Source: Candidatus Firestoneibacteriota bacterium (GTDB taxonomy: Bacteria; Oederibacteriota; D2-FULL-39-29; JBBTED01). From it: a stretch of 32,710 nucleotides of DNA. The notes under the pieces were generated by a model that worked only from the letters and a program-made list of their open reading frames with translations, had not been told where the DNA came from and did not search any database. The position numbers and the translations under genes were made by a program. Each line of letters begins with the position of its first letter. Within the stretch, counting starts at the first letter, position 1. Below are positions 9,808-18,663 of the stretch, one piece after another. The DNA lies in NCBI GenBank assembly GCA_038042445.1, contig JBBTED010000011.1, positions 1-32,710 on the forward strand, read 5' to 3'.

Positions 9808-10701
9808 TTACATCTTTACTATTAAAGATACTATATGCGAATTACCTAAATCTTGATATGTTTTAAAACTGTAATCTAAATTAAATTTATTAAGTTCAAA
9901 TCCTATACCACCTGTAATTCCTGAAATAGTTCCTAAATCATTTCCTGAAAATTTATATTTATAACCACCTCGCAAAGAAAATATCTGCATTAGCTTATAT
10001 TCACATCCAAAATTCAAATTCGGCTGAATATCTCTTGGCACACTTAAATCCAGTACAAAATTAAATTGCCCTTGTGTATATCCAAATCCTGTTTTCGCAA
10101 TTAACGGTAATTTACTACCAGCAAATGATGGACCTATATTATTAACACTTACTCCATAAGACAAACCCTCTATAGCTAATTTTAAGAGTATTCCACCATC
10201 AAAAGCAAGCCCAAACTTAGAATCAGTATCTATGCGTTCATAAGGAATTTTAGCATTTATGCCTAATGAAAAATTTTTAAAAATATTTTTTGCGTATGTC
10301 AGTTGTCCAACAAATGCATAAGGTTTGAAATTTCCGTTAAAAACTCCGGTATCATCTCTTCTTTCCAAATCGCCAAAACTCATATATGTAAATGCAAACC
10401 CAATACCACCATCATAAAATGGAAATGCAACCGCAATATTTTCATAACGTAACCCTTGTATAAACTCATTATGCCCAAAAGCAAATTGAACTTCATTCAA
10501 ATAAGAAATACCTGCAGGATTCCAGAATAAACTGTTTATATCTCCAGAAACTCCCGTATAAGCCTCACCTAAAGCAGCAGGCCGTGAACCAAACCCTGTT
10601 CTCAAATAAGCAGCACCCGTCTGTGCAATTTTAGTGTTTTCAGCATAACTAAAAATAGCTGAACACAATAAAAACACTACAACTAATACTCTAACCTTCA
10701 T
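9808..10701 (-). CDS. PorV/PorQ-like (UPF0164) outer-membrane beta-barrel protein
   Basis: Signal peptide, GSRPAALGEAY, FWNPAG, alternating beta-strand pattern, LRGGY, LDYS, LGNSH. Confidence 0.82.
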   Translation of the reverse strand: MKVRVLVVVFLLCSAIFSYAENTKIAQTGAAYLRTGFGSRPAALGEAYTGVSGDINSLFWNPAGISYLNEVQFAFGHNEFIQGLRYENIAVAFPFYDGGIGFAFTYMSFGDLERRDDTGVFNGNFKPYAFVGQLTYAKNIFKNFSLGINAKIPYERIDTDSKFGLAFDGGILLKLAIEGLSYGVSVNNIGPSFAGSKLPLIAKTGFGYTQGQFNFVLDLSVPRDIQPNLNFGCEYKLMQIFSLRGGYKYKFSGNDLGTISGITGGIGFELNKFNLDYSFKTYQDLGNSHIVSLIVKM

Positions 10702-10715
10702 ACTTACCCCTTTCT

Positions 10716-10758
10716 AATTCCCCCTTAATCCCCCTTTAATAAAGGGGGTAGGGGGGAT
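10716..10758. repeat. C/G-run palindrome, family F
   Basis: aattcccccttaatccccctttaataaagggggtaggggggat; near-identical copy at 27326. Confidence 0.88.
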
Positions 10759-10763
10759 CTTAT

Positions 10764-11762
10764 TTAAAAATACGCAAGCAACGAAAATCGGTGCATATCT
10801 CCTAAAGCGTTATTATCAAGTGTCCAAGAGTAATCAAATTGATAATGTCCATATTTAAGACTTGCACCTGCTGAAAAATTTAAATCATTTAAACCTGATC
10901 GAACTGCAAAATATTCATTTATCCAGTATTCGCTTCCTATATGTGTAATAATTTTTTGTTTTAAGGTTTGCTCTATATCAAAAGACAAAAGAAATACTTC
11001 ATAAATAAAATATTGCATAACACCAAAACGGAATGTAGGAAGTATTAAATCGCGTTTACCAGTATTCCAAAGTAATCCGGTATTTAAATCTTGTACTGTA
11101 ATTCCAAAACGTGTGAATGAAAATATTTGAAACAATATACCAAAATCACTTCCAATACCCCATGCCTTATATCCACCCAATCGCTGATCATAATACTTAA
11201 TATTCATACCCGCATTTAAATTGTATCCTATGTTTTTACCATACGAAACAATAACAGTATTCTCAAGATTATCAATATTTAATAGCTGATTTCCATCTTC
11301 GTCTCTTGATTCTATCTGACCAATTCTAAAGTGATACCAGCTTATTCCAAAACTTCCCCAATCTTCTTTTAGTTGCTGAGTTACACTTAAAAAACCATAA
11401 GTTCTATCAAAAGAAATTTTACTGAACATACTTGAAACCTGAACTTCGTCCGGATCCGGCACACCAAGACCTGCAGGATTCCAGTAAGTAGCAGTTGCAT
11501 CATCTGCTATAGCTACAAATGCATTACCCATTCCAGATGGACGCGCACCAACTCCTTTTTTCAAATACGGCATACTACTTTTTGCCATCCCAATATCATC
11601 TGCAAAAAGTGAACAAGAACAGAAAAAAAATAAAATACCACAAAGAGTCATTCTGAGCAAAGCGAAAAATCTAAAAATAAAAAACCATGATTTAAAAATA
11701 AATTTCCTTGCAACTCTGGATTCCCGCTTTCGCGGGAATGACAAAAAAAATAAGTATGCCAT
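10764..11762 (-). CDS. PorV/PorQ-like (UPF0164) outer-membrane beta-barrel protein; start 11762 or 11651
   Basis: GVGARPSGMGNAFVAIADDATATYWNPAGL, FDYS, C-terminal aromatic F. Confidence 0.85.
   Translation of the reverse strand: MAYLFFLSFPRKRESRVARKFIFKSWFFIFRFFALLRMTLCGILFFFCSCSLFADDIGMAKSSMPYLKKGVGARPSGMGNAFVAIADDATATYWNPAGLGVPDPDEVQVSSMFSKISFDRTYGFLSVTQQLKEDWGSFGISWYHFRIGQIESRDEDGNQLLNIDNLENTVIVSYGKNIGYNLNAGMNIKYYDQRLGGYKAWGIGSDFGILFQIFSFTRFGITVQDLNTGLLWNTGKRDLILPTFRFGVMQYFIYEVFLLSFDIEQTLKQKIITHIGSEYWINEYFAVRSGLNDLNFSAGASLKYGHYQFDYSWTLDNNALGDMHRFSLLAYF
11647..11672. repeat. REP-like unit, family H
   Basis: gtcattctgagcaaagcgaaaaatct, translated RFFALLRMT on the minus strand. Confidence 0.78.
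11716..11742. repeat. REP-like unit, family C (ATTCCC-N8-GGGAAT core)
   Basis: ctggattcccgctttcgcgggaatgac, translated SFPRKRES; related copies at 18515, 18559, 23959, 24558. Confidence 0.88.
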
Positions 11763-11768
11763 TTTACG

Positions 11769-13478
11769 TTATCGTATTATTGCCAATTTTTTGATAGGAT
11801 ATTTTGCTAAGGAATTTGTACTGCTTGACTTAAATGCTATTTGATAAATATAGATTCCCTGTGCTACATCGTTGATATCCCAGTATGTTTCCTGAAAATT
11901 TCCCCCGGATTTATATTCAGAAAAAGTAGCAATTCTATCACCATTCACATTATAAACATTTATCACAACTTCAGAAGTATCAGGAACATAATACAAAAAA
12001 GTTATTTTACTACCTTTAGCAGGATTAGGATAACTTGCCACCTCATTTAAACTTATAAGAGGCTCTGCCTTAAAAATATCTGCCAATGTCAGAAGACTAT
12101 TATCTATATTAAAATTATCTATATTAAAAATAAACGGCTTATAACCTTTTGCTGTTATCTTCAGCTGATAATTCCCAAATGGTATACTATTAAATTCATA
12201 TCTGCCTTCACTATCAGTTTTTGCAGATGCTATTACTTTTTGATTTTGAAGAAGTTGAATTAATGCATCGGATAATGGTATTTTATTTGAAGGATTTTTT
12301 AAAACTCCTGAGATTGCACCTTTGGTTAAAATTTTTATACTATATCTTGAAACTGAACTTTTGTTTTCTGCATTATCCATAGTTGCAACATAAAAATACC
12401 ATTCGCCATCATCAAGATTAGAATATTGCACCTGACTTTCAGATGTGAACTGCCAGTTATCAGTATCAAAACTACTACTTACAGATTTACTTAAAAAATA
12501 ATAGTATCCTGCTATTCCTGTTCCACCTGCTTCACCGACATTTTCATCACTGCTTTCCACCAATTTAAAAGAAGGATTAATATTACTGGAAAGTTTTGTT
12601 TCTATATGTGTTGCAGATTGTATTACCGGCGGTTTTGGCGGAGTTGCATCAGAAAGAGCAACAGTCTGATTATTACCGTTACTTTGCTCATTGCCTGAAC
12701 CATCAACAACCTGAATTGTATAATAATATTTTTTGCCATTTATCAAATTATTTGAAGTATCTACATACTTTTCATCTGTAATTTCTCCATCATTAGTTAT
12801 ACATCCACCTTTTTCACCAAGTGTAGTTGCCCTGTATATCCTGTAAAAAGAAGCACCGGAAATTTTTTTCCATGTGAGTAAAATTCTTCCTGAACTCTTT
12901 GATTTTGCAACAGCATTATCAACTGAACTACTCAAGGATTTAGAAAGTGCTGATACAATAATATTGCCTTCATTACATTCATTACCTCCAATGTCAATCG
13001 CCTGTATTTTATAATAATAAGTAACGCCATAGATTAAACCGGTATTATCAGTATAATTGTTAACATCAAGTTCAGCAATTGCAATCTTTGAAAACTCATT
13101 TTTCTTGGTAGAACGATATATTTTGTATTTATCCACAAAACTACCTTCATCTATAATAACCTGCCATTCCAAATTGATTCCACCAATATCTGTAGCTAAA
13201 GCATTTAAAACAGAAACTGGAGCAGGAGAAAGATTATCAGGATTAATAGTTTTAAAATATCCACTACCGATTTTATAATTACTACTTGTAGTATTTCCAA
13301 TTATTGCAACACCACTCACACCTTCTAATTTATAAGATGGAGAAGTCATCACTGCCCTACCGCCTTCATCCCCCTCCCACACATTTATATAATGATCACC
13401 TTTTACTTTAGCCATAGCTCCCGGCAAAAAACATACAAAACAAACACATATAATACTAAATCCCAATAATTTCTTCAC
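11769..13478 (-). CDS. Exported multidomain protein: two FN3-like repeats, Ig-like domain, carboxypeptidase-regulatory-like domain, T9SS/FlgD-like C-terminal domain
   Basis: Signal peptide; repeated YxIYR...YxD...YYYxIQxxD..GNE; TDSEGRYEF; C-terminal SYPNP...INVYNVNG...WD...GIYIY. Confidence 0.75.
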   Translation of the reverse strand: MKKLLGFSIICVCFVCFLPGAMAKVKGDHYINVWEGDEGGRAVMTSPSYKLEGVSGVAIIGNTTSSNYKIGSGYFKTINPDNLSPAPVSVLNALATDIGGINLEWQVIIDEGSFVDKYKIYRSTKKNEFSKIAIAELDVNNYTDNTGLIYGVTYYYKIQAIDIGGNECNEGNIIVSALSKSLSSSVDNAVAKSKSSGRILLTWKKISGASFYRIYRATTLGEKGGCITNDGEITDEKYVDTSNNLINGKKYYYTIQVVDGSGNEQSNGNNQTVALSDATPPKPPVIQSATHIETKLSSNINPSFKLVESSDENVGEAGGTGIAGYYYFLSKSVSSSFDTDNWQFTSESQVQYSNLDDGEWYFYVATMDNAENKSSVSRYSIKILTKGAISGVLKNPSNKIPLSDALIQLLQNQKVIASAKTDSEGRYEFNSIPFGNYQLKITAKGYKPFIFNIDNFNIDNSLLTLADIFKAEPLISLNEVASYPNPAKGSKITFLYYVPDTSEVVINVYNVNGDRIATFSEYKSGGNFQETYWDINDVAQGIYIYQIAFKSSSTNSLAKYPIKKLAIIR

Positions 13479-13522
13479 GATTACATTTCCCCTTTCTTAT
13501 TAATACAAACACATTGAATTTT

Positions 13523-13574
13523 TGTAGTTGCCGATTTATCGGCTTTTTAATTTTACTCATAAATGAACAACTAC
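13523..13574. repeat. REP-like doublet, family A, right arm degenerate
   Basis: tgtagttgccgatttatcggc ... cataaatgaacaactaca. Confidence 0.85.
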
Positions 13575-13586
13575 AACCCAATAACT

Positions 13587-13608
13587 GGGCAGGTAAACCT
13601 GCCCCTAC
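13587..13608. repeat. REP-like unit, family B (GTAGGGGC)
   Basis: gggcaggtaaacctgcccctac, identical to the unit at 18628. Confidence 0.9.
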
Positions 13609-13617
13609 TAACTATTT

Positions 13618-14994
13618 TTACCCACCAACAGACAACAGTTTTGCTCCTGTTTCATCTAATTTATATTTATACGCACGTTTTGTTTCACGATATGCTACAG
13701 GTATATAATAAACTGGATGCGACTCTTTTAACTTTTTAAGTTCATCTTCACTTACCAGATTATAATATCTTGATAATAATTCAGGAGCCACATTGTTTTC
13801 TATTGCTACATATTCAATTATTGGACGATACCATCCTGTAAGGACAATTGCATTATCCTCCATTTTAGTTTTTATTATATTATTCACAGTCCTCAACATT
13901 TCCTGACGCAATTCAATATTTCTTAAAATAACCCCTTTATCCACTATATTAAAACTAATTTTATCTTCATTGCGATACCTTGCCATATCAACTGTCCAAA
14001 ACGAAATAAAGTTATTTAAAAGTAATAATCCTGCAAAACTTATGAAAATCCTTCGTGGGAAAAACCTGACAAGCAATATCAGAAAAAATGGAATAGCAGG
14101 AATTATATAATCAGTTTTATCAGGTTTGACAATAAAGAATATTGCATACAAAAACACAATAATAACTAAAGCTGCATCGTTTAGTTGCAGTTTTAAAAAG
14201 TTCTTTCTATATATAATTAAACTCACCGCAAGCATTACAAAAGCTGGCAAACCAAATATATCATTTATAAATTTATACCCCCAAATTCCAATATCTGGTC
14301 TTGCATTAACAACCCATAAAAAACCAAATCCATATTTAATGATTAAAGGCAAATAACAAATAATTGTGGTAAAAATACTTGCAACAACAAATTTAATCAT
14401 ATTTCTAAATTTAATTTTTTTGTCATTGCGAGCAATAGCGAAGCAATCACATTTGGTATAAATAATTACAACTAACGCAGGCAGTATCAAATAAGAAGTA
14501 ATTCTACAACCAGATGCAAGCCCAAGTAAAATTCCTGCATTTATATATTTTTTTTGTAGGATAGCGTAATAACCGGCTAAAACAAAAGATAATGCCCAGA
14601 TATAATCAACTGTAGAAGTACTTGCTATCCATAGGGCAGGCAAAAATGTAAAAGACAAAATTGTTATTAGACGATTTTTAACATCGTAATGCTCTAAAAT
14701 TTTTGCAAAACTATAAATTCCTAAAATAGAGATAAAAAATGTAGCAAGATTACTTATGATCCAAAAATGCAATTTGCCACAAAAAAACAGATTCGTAATT
14801 TTAAACAATATTGCATTTATAAATTCAACCACTGGAAAACCCGGAAAACGAGATGGTGTATATTCAAAAGTATATGCCAAATTCCTAATAGTATTTGCAG
14901 ACCTCCATGCATCCGGCTCCCCAAATCCCGTAAAAATCAATGGTATACTTACTACAATATATATAATCAGAAATATTAAATATGAAGGCTTCAT
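13618..14994 (-). CDS. Polytopic membrane protein, probable GT-C fold glycosyltransferase
   Basis: Acidic EPD in first loop, PSRFPGFP, many hydrophobic helices, GLASGCR; adjacent to two similar genes. Confidence 0.6.
   Translation of the reverse strand: MKPSYLIFLIIYIVVSIPLIFTGFGEPDAWRSANTIRNLAYTFEYTPSRFPGFPVVEFINAILFKITNLFFCGKLHFWIISNLATFFISILGIYSFAKILEHYDVKNRLITILSFTFLPALWIASTSTVDYIWALSFVLAGYYAILQKKYINAGILLGLASGCRITSYLILPALVVIIYTKCDCFAIARNDKKIKFRNMIKFVVASIFTTIICYLPLIIKYGFGFLWVVNARPDIGIWGYKFINDIFGLPAFVMLAVSLIIYRKNFLKLQLNDAALVIIVFLYAIFFIVKPDKTDYIIPAIPFFLILLVRFFPRRIFISFAGLLLLNNFISFWTVDMARYRNEDKISFNIVDKGVILRNIELRQEMLRTVNNIIKTKMEDNAIVLTGWYRPIIEYVAIENNVAPELLSRYYNLVSEDELKKLKESHPVYYIPVAYRETKRAYKYKLDETGAKLLSVGG
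14421..14450. repeat. REP-like unit, family I (TGTCA foot), in frame inside a CDS
   Basis: tgtcattgcgagcaatagcgaagcaatcac, translated CDCFAIARND. Confidence 0.78.
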
Positions 14995-16352
14995 TTCATA
15001 AATACCAGCTTGCGAATTCCATATATTGCAAAAATCAAAATATATGGCATAATCGGCAAATGATAACGTGGAATTACCAATAAAAATGAATGTGATACTG
15101 TAAAATAAATTATAAGTACTAAGAAAAATATACTGATTTTTGCTTCAGAAAAACCACGATAAAAACCATACCCTGCAAATCCTATAATTAACCACTGAAC
15201 ACCTACAAAAACTGCAAACAAAAGATTGTGTCCTCTTTCCTGTAAAAATCCTGCGCCTATTGGATAAAATAAAAACCTATAAATTTTTTTTATGAATAAT
15301 TTTAAACTACCTGATGGGTTTTGAATAATATTTTTTATTCCTTCCTGAAAAAACAATTCATCGCTATCTATCATTACTACTCCATGTCTGCTTTTAGATG
15401 ACACATCAGTTAATTTTTCATCTGCTTTTTTAATTATTTGGTTTGTAATTTCTACAGCTTGTTTTTCTAAATTTGCGTCTCTTGTTTTCCAACTTAACCA
15501 ATAACCATCCCACGGGATATAATTCCCAGCCCAAAAATTATACCCTGAGCGGACTGTAACAGGCACGAATCGTTTAAACTGAATTTGATTTCTTATTGTC
15601 CAAGGCATAATAATTATTATTGATGCCAACAACATTATTAAACATCCAATAACAGTTTGTTTCTTTTTGTAAATGAGCAGTGAAATTAAAATAGCTAAAA
15701 ATGGATATAAAAGTGTTATTGGCCTGCATAAATTTGCCAACCCCATAAATACACCCGCAAATATATAATAAATGTAATTATTTTTATTTATTCCAACAAC
15801 AAACAGTAAAAAGAAAACCGCCAATAAAAAACTATATAATGTTTCAGAGAATAGTGAATTAGCATACATTATAAATGGAGGATACATTGCTACTGCTAAA
15901 GCAGCTAAAACCGGAATTATAATGTTATTATCTGACTTTAAAATTGTAGTCGCTGATTTATCAGCTGTTTTTTGTGCCGATAAATCGGCAACTACAGTTT
16001 TTATTATAGTTGTTTCAAAAATATTTTTTGCAATAAAAAATATAATTACACAAGTAAAAGAATCAACAACACATTGTATTAATCTTACTATTATATATTT
16101 ATAGCCAAAAATTGCGTAAATAATTGATAAGAATACAGGATAAAAAGGAGCACGTGAAGGTGTAGGAATATTGGGTTCCAATGAAAACCCTTTTCCATCT
16201 ATAATATTCCCGGCAATAATATTATATTCATTTCCAGGGTCATCTCCTAACACACCATTTGGTATATTAGGGATAAGCAATAAAAATAACAACCGCAGTG
16301 TTATAGCAATTATAAAAATTATTGTTGTGAATTTATTTTGCATCAATCTCAT
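14991..16352 (-). CDS. ArnT/PMT-like (GT83/GT39-like) membrane glycosyltransferase
   Basis: Y..IA.NI..G.GFS, R.P.YP.FL, SETLY, GLANLCRP, PWTIRN, PRYHLP. Confidence 0.8.
   Translation of the reverse strand: MRLMQNKFTTIIFIIAITLRLLFLLLIPNIPNGVLGDDPGNEYNIIAGNIIDGKGFSLEPNIPTPSRAPFYPVFLSIIYAIFGYKYIIVRLIQCVVDSFTCVIIFFIAKNIFETTIIKTVVADLSAQKTADKSATTILKSDNNIIIPVLAALAVAMYPPFIMYANSLFSETLYSFLLAVFFLLFVVGINKNNYIYYIFAGVFMGLANLCRPITLLYPFLAILISLLIYKKKQTVIGCLIMLLASIIIIMPWTIRNQIQFKRFVPVTVRSGYNFWAGNYIPWDGYWLSWKTRDANLEKQAVEITNQIIKKADEKLTDVSSKSRHGVVMIDSDELFFQEGIKNIIQNPSGSLKLFIKKIYRFLFYPIGAGFLQERGHNLLFAVFVGVQWLIIGFAGYGFYRGFSEAKISIFFLVLIIYFTVSHSFLLVIPRYHLPIMPYILIFAIYGIRKLVFMK
15945..15996. repeat. REP-like doublet, family A, in frame inside a glycosyltransferase CDS
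   Basis: tgtagtcgctgatttatcagc-tgttttttgt-gccgataaatcggcaactaca, translated VVADLSAQKTADKSATT. Confidence 0.92.
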
Positions 16353-16356
16353 AATT

Positions 16357-17622
16357 TCATGCCCCCTTGATAAAGGGGGGTAGGGGGGATTTTATTTTTA
16401 TAATTTTATACACCCCATACACTGCAAAAATCAAAACATACGGCATAATTGGCAAATGATACCGTGGCACTACAAGAAACACTGTATGCGCAAAAGTATA
16501 ATAAAATATAATCGCAACTAACAACATACTAAGTTTATTTTTACACATTCCAAAATACATACCTATACCACCAAATATTAAAATAATAATATGCGGAATC
16601 ATAATAATTTTACTTAATAAAGATAATCCTTTTTCTGCGATAAAACCACTACCTACAGGAAAAATCCAAAATCTATACATTTTTTTTAATCCTAGCAAAA
16701 AAGTTCCCCAAGGATTTTGGATAATATTTTTTATGCCCTCACGAAGCAATATTTCATCAGCATCTATACCATAATAACCTTTAGTTATAGTATTCATAGT
16801 ATTTGTAAATTCCTCACGTGATACTTTGTTAGTCCAAACATCCCAATAACCATCATAAGGAATATAATTGCCACCCCAAAGATTTTGCCCCACTCTTGTC
16901 ATTACAGGAATAAATTTTTTAAATGCAACATCGTTTCTAATTGTCCAAGGAACTATAGTTAGAATTGACAAAATAAATACCAGCAATATTTTCATCAATA
17001 TAACTTTCTTAAATACCAAATCTTTTTTGAACAAATTATATAAATATATAATTGCTATTAAAAAAATAGGAAACAAAATTGTAGTTGTTCTACATAAACT
17101 GGTAAAACCTAAGCTTATGCCACTTAAAATCATCCATAACCAGAATTTATCTGCTTTAAAAACCTGTATTAAGCAAAACATAGAAAATAATAACAAAAAT
17201 ATAAACAATGTTTCTGTATATATCATCCCAGTATAAATTATAAAAGAAGGATATAGTGCAAAAAGAAAACTTGATGCTATAGCAATTTTTTCAGTATAAT
17301 TCGCATTTTCTGTAATTTCAAAAATTGCTTTGCTTATTTTATATACAAGGAAACATGATAAAACACTTATAAGAACCTGAAACATTCTAACTGCTAAATA
17401 ACTATGCCCAAAAATCTTATATATGGTAGCAATTAGATATGGATAAACAGGGCCTCTTATTGCTGTAGGATTACAAGAATCCATAGAAAAACCATTTCCC
17501 TGAACAATATTTACCGCTATAGTATCGTATTCAAAAGCATCCCCCACTATATCCTGCGGCACCAACACTACAGCATAAAAAAGCCGAATTATAAACCCTA
17601 TAATTAAAACAAAATATAGCAT
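16357..17622 (-). CDS. ArnT/PMT-like membrane glycosyltransferase, tandem paralog of 14991..16352
   Basis: GDAFEY, RGPVYP, TETLF, PWTIRN, GNYIPYDGYW, PRYHLPIMPY shared with the neighbour. Confidence 0.8.
   Translation of the reverse strand: MLYFVLIIGFIIRLFYAVVLVPQDIVGDAFEYDTIAVNIVQGNGFSMDSCNPTAIRGPVYPYLIATIYKIFGHSYLAVRMFQVLISVLSCFLVYKISKAIFEITENANYTEKIAIASSFLFALYPSFIIYTGMIYTETLFIFLLLFSMFCLIQVFKADKFWLWMILSGISLGFTSLCRTTTILFPIFLIAIIYLYNLFKKDLVFKKVILMKILLVFILSILTIVPWTIRNDVAFKKFIPVMTRVGQNLWGGNYIPYDGYWDVWTNKVSREEFTNTMNTITKGYYGIDADEILLREGIKNIIQNPWGTFLLGLKKMYRFWIFPVGSGFIAEKGLSLLSKIIMIPHIIILIFGGIGMYFGMCKNKLSMLLVAIIFYYTFAHTVFLVVPRYHLPIMPYVLIFAVYGVYKIIKIKSPLPPFIKGA
16362..16390. repeat. Family F palindrome overlapping a CDS 3' end
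   Basis: cccccttgataaaggggggtaggggggat, translated SPLPPFIKG. Confidence 0.85.
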
Positions 17623-17636
17623 AATTTTTTATCTAT

Positions 17637-17676
17637 AATTCCCCCTACCCCTTTATTAAAGGGGTAGGGGGGAATT
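17637..17676. repeat. Family F palindrome
   Basis: aattccccctacccctttattaaaggggtaggggggaatt, near-perfect hairpin. Confidence 0.88.
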
Positions 17677-17710
17677 TTATTTACCTACTAAATTCCCCAA
17701 AAACTCAAAT

Positions 17711-18499
17711 TCACACCTTTTGTTTTACCACATGCAAAAAAATTTCATCTGAAAAAGATGGAAACACTGAAGTAATGAGCTTTTTCCTTATATCTGACCA
17801 AAATTTGCCTTTATAGTGATTGCTATGTTTTATTTTTAAAATCTTTAAATTATAAATAACGCATATTCTTTCTAATTCTTCTAAAGTATAAATTCTTATG
17901 TGTTCATAAGTTTCATCAGACATAGATTGTATGGGAAATGGCTGGGGATTTATCCCTCTTAATGCCCTATACCTACTATGCAATGTTGCTACATTTGGAG
18001 TAGTAATTATCATTTTCCCTGAATTTTTAAGCACCCGTGTTAATTCATTCATAATATGCTTAACATTTTGCGGTTGAATATGTTCTAATACTTCAGAAAA
18101 AATTATCATATCAAAAAACCCATCTTCAAAAGGAAACTCCTGCAATAAATCAGCTTTAATAATTTTTATTCCTCTATCCCCCATTTGAGCACAGAAATCA
18201 ATATTATTCACAGTTGCTCTACTTGGATGTTCTATTGCATAAACAGAACAATGATATTTCATTTTTACCCATAAAGCAATATATCCGTATCCCAAACCAA
18301 CTTCTAAAACTTTTGACTCATTATTAATATTAATATCAGAAAAAAAAGAAAATAAATCATAATAATGATATTTTGTAGTAGTAAATTCTCTTTGCCATTC
18401 TGAATCTGTTGGTATTATCTGATACGGATATTTAAACCACCGTATTGAAGATAATTCTATTATTAAATCATCTATTTCTTTTTTTGAAATATTAGTCAT
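17711..18499 (-). CDS. Class I SAM-dependent methyltransferase
   Basis: VLEVGLGYG, FPFEDGFFD, SEVLEHI, RVLK..G..IITTPN. Confidence 0.9.
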   Translation of the reverse strand: MTNISKKEIDDLIIELSSIRWFKYPYQIIPTDSEWQREFTTTKYHYYDLFSFFSDININNESKVLEVGLGYGYIALWVKMKYHCSVYAIEHPSRATVNNIDFCAQMGDRGIKIIKADLLQEFPFEDGFFDMIIFSEVLEHIQPQNVKHIMNELTRVLKNSGKMIITTPNVATLHSRYRALRGINPQPFPIQSMSDETYEHIRIYTLEELERICVIYNLKILKIKHSNHYKGKFWSDIRKKLITSVFPSFSDEIFLHVVKQKV

Positions 18500-18514
18500 A
18501 TAACACCATTTTTA

Positions 18515-18591
18515 TGCCATTCCTGTGCAAACAGGAATCCAGAGTTTTTTAAAAGACACTGGATTCCCGCTTACTACATGCGGGAATGACA
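18515..18591. repeat. REP-like doublet, family C
   Basis: tgccattcctgtgcaaacaggaatccag ... ctggattcccgcttactacatgcgggaatgaca. Confidence 0.88.
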
Positions 18592-18598
18592 ACATTTA

Positions 18599-18650
18599 GT
18601 ATGAACGAGTTTACTCGCCCATTTATTGGGCAGGTAAACCTGCCCCTACG
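18599..18650. repeat. REP-like doublet, family B
   Basis: gtatgaacgagtttactcgccc-atttatt-gggcaggtaaacctgcccctacg. Confidence 0.88.
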
Positions 18651-18663
18651 AGAGACCATAAAA

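Noticed and set aside
13514..13708. 64-aa ORF spanning the intergenic repeats
   Set aside because: Translation of REP units and antisense sequence
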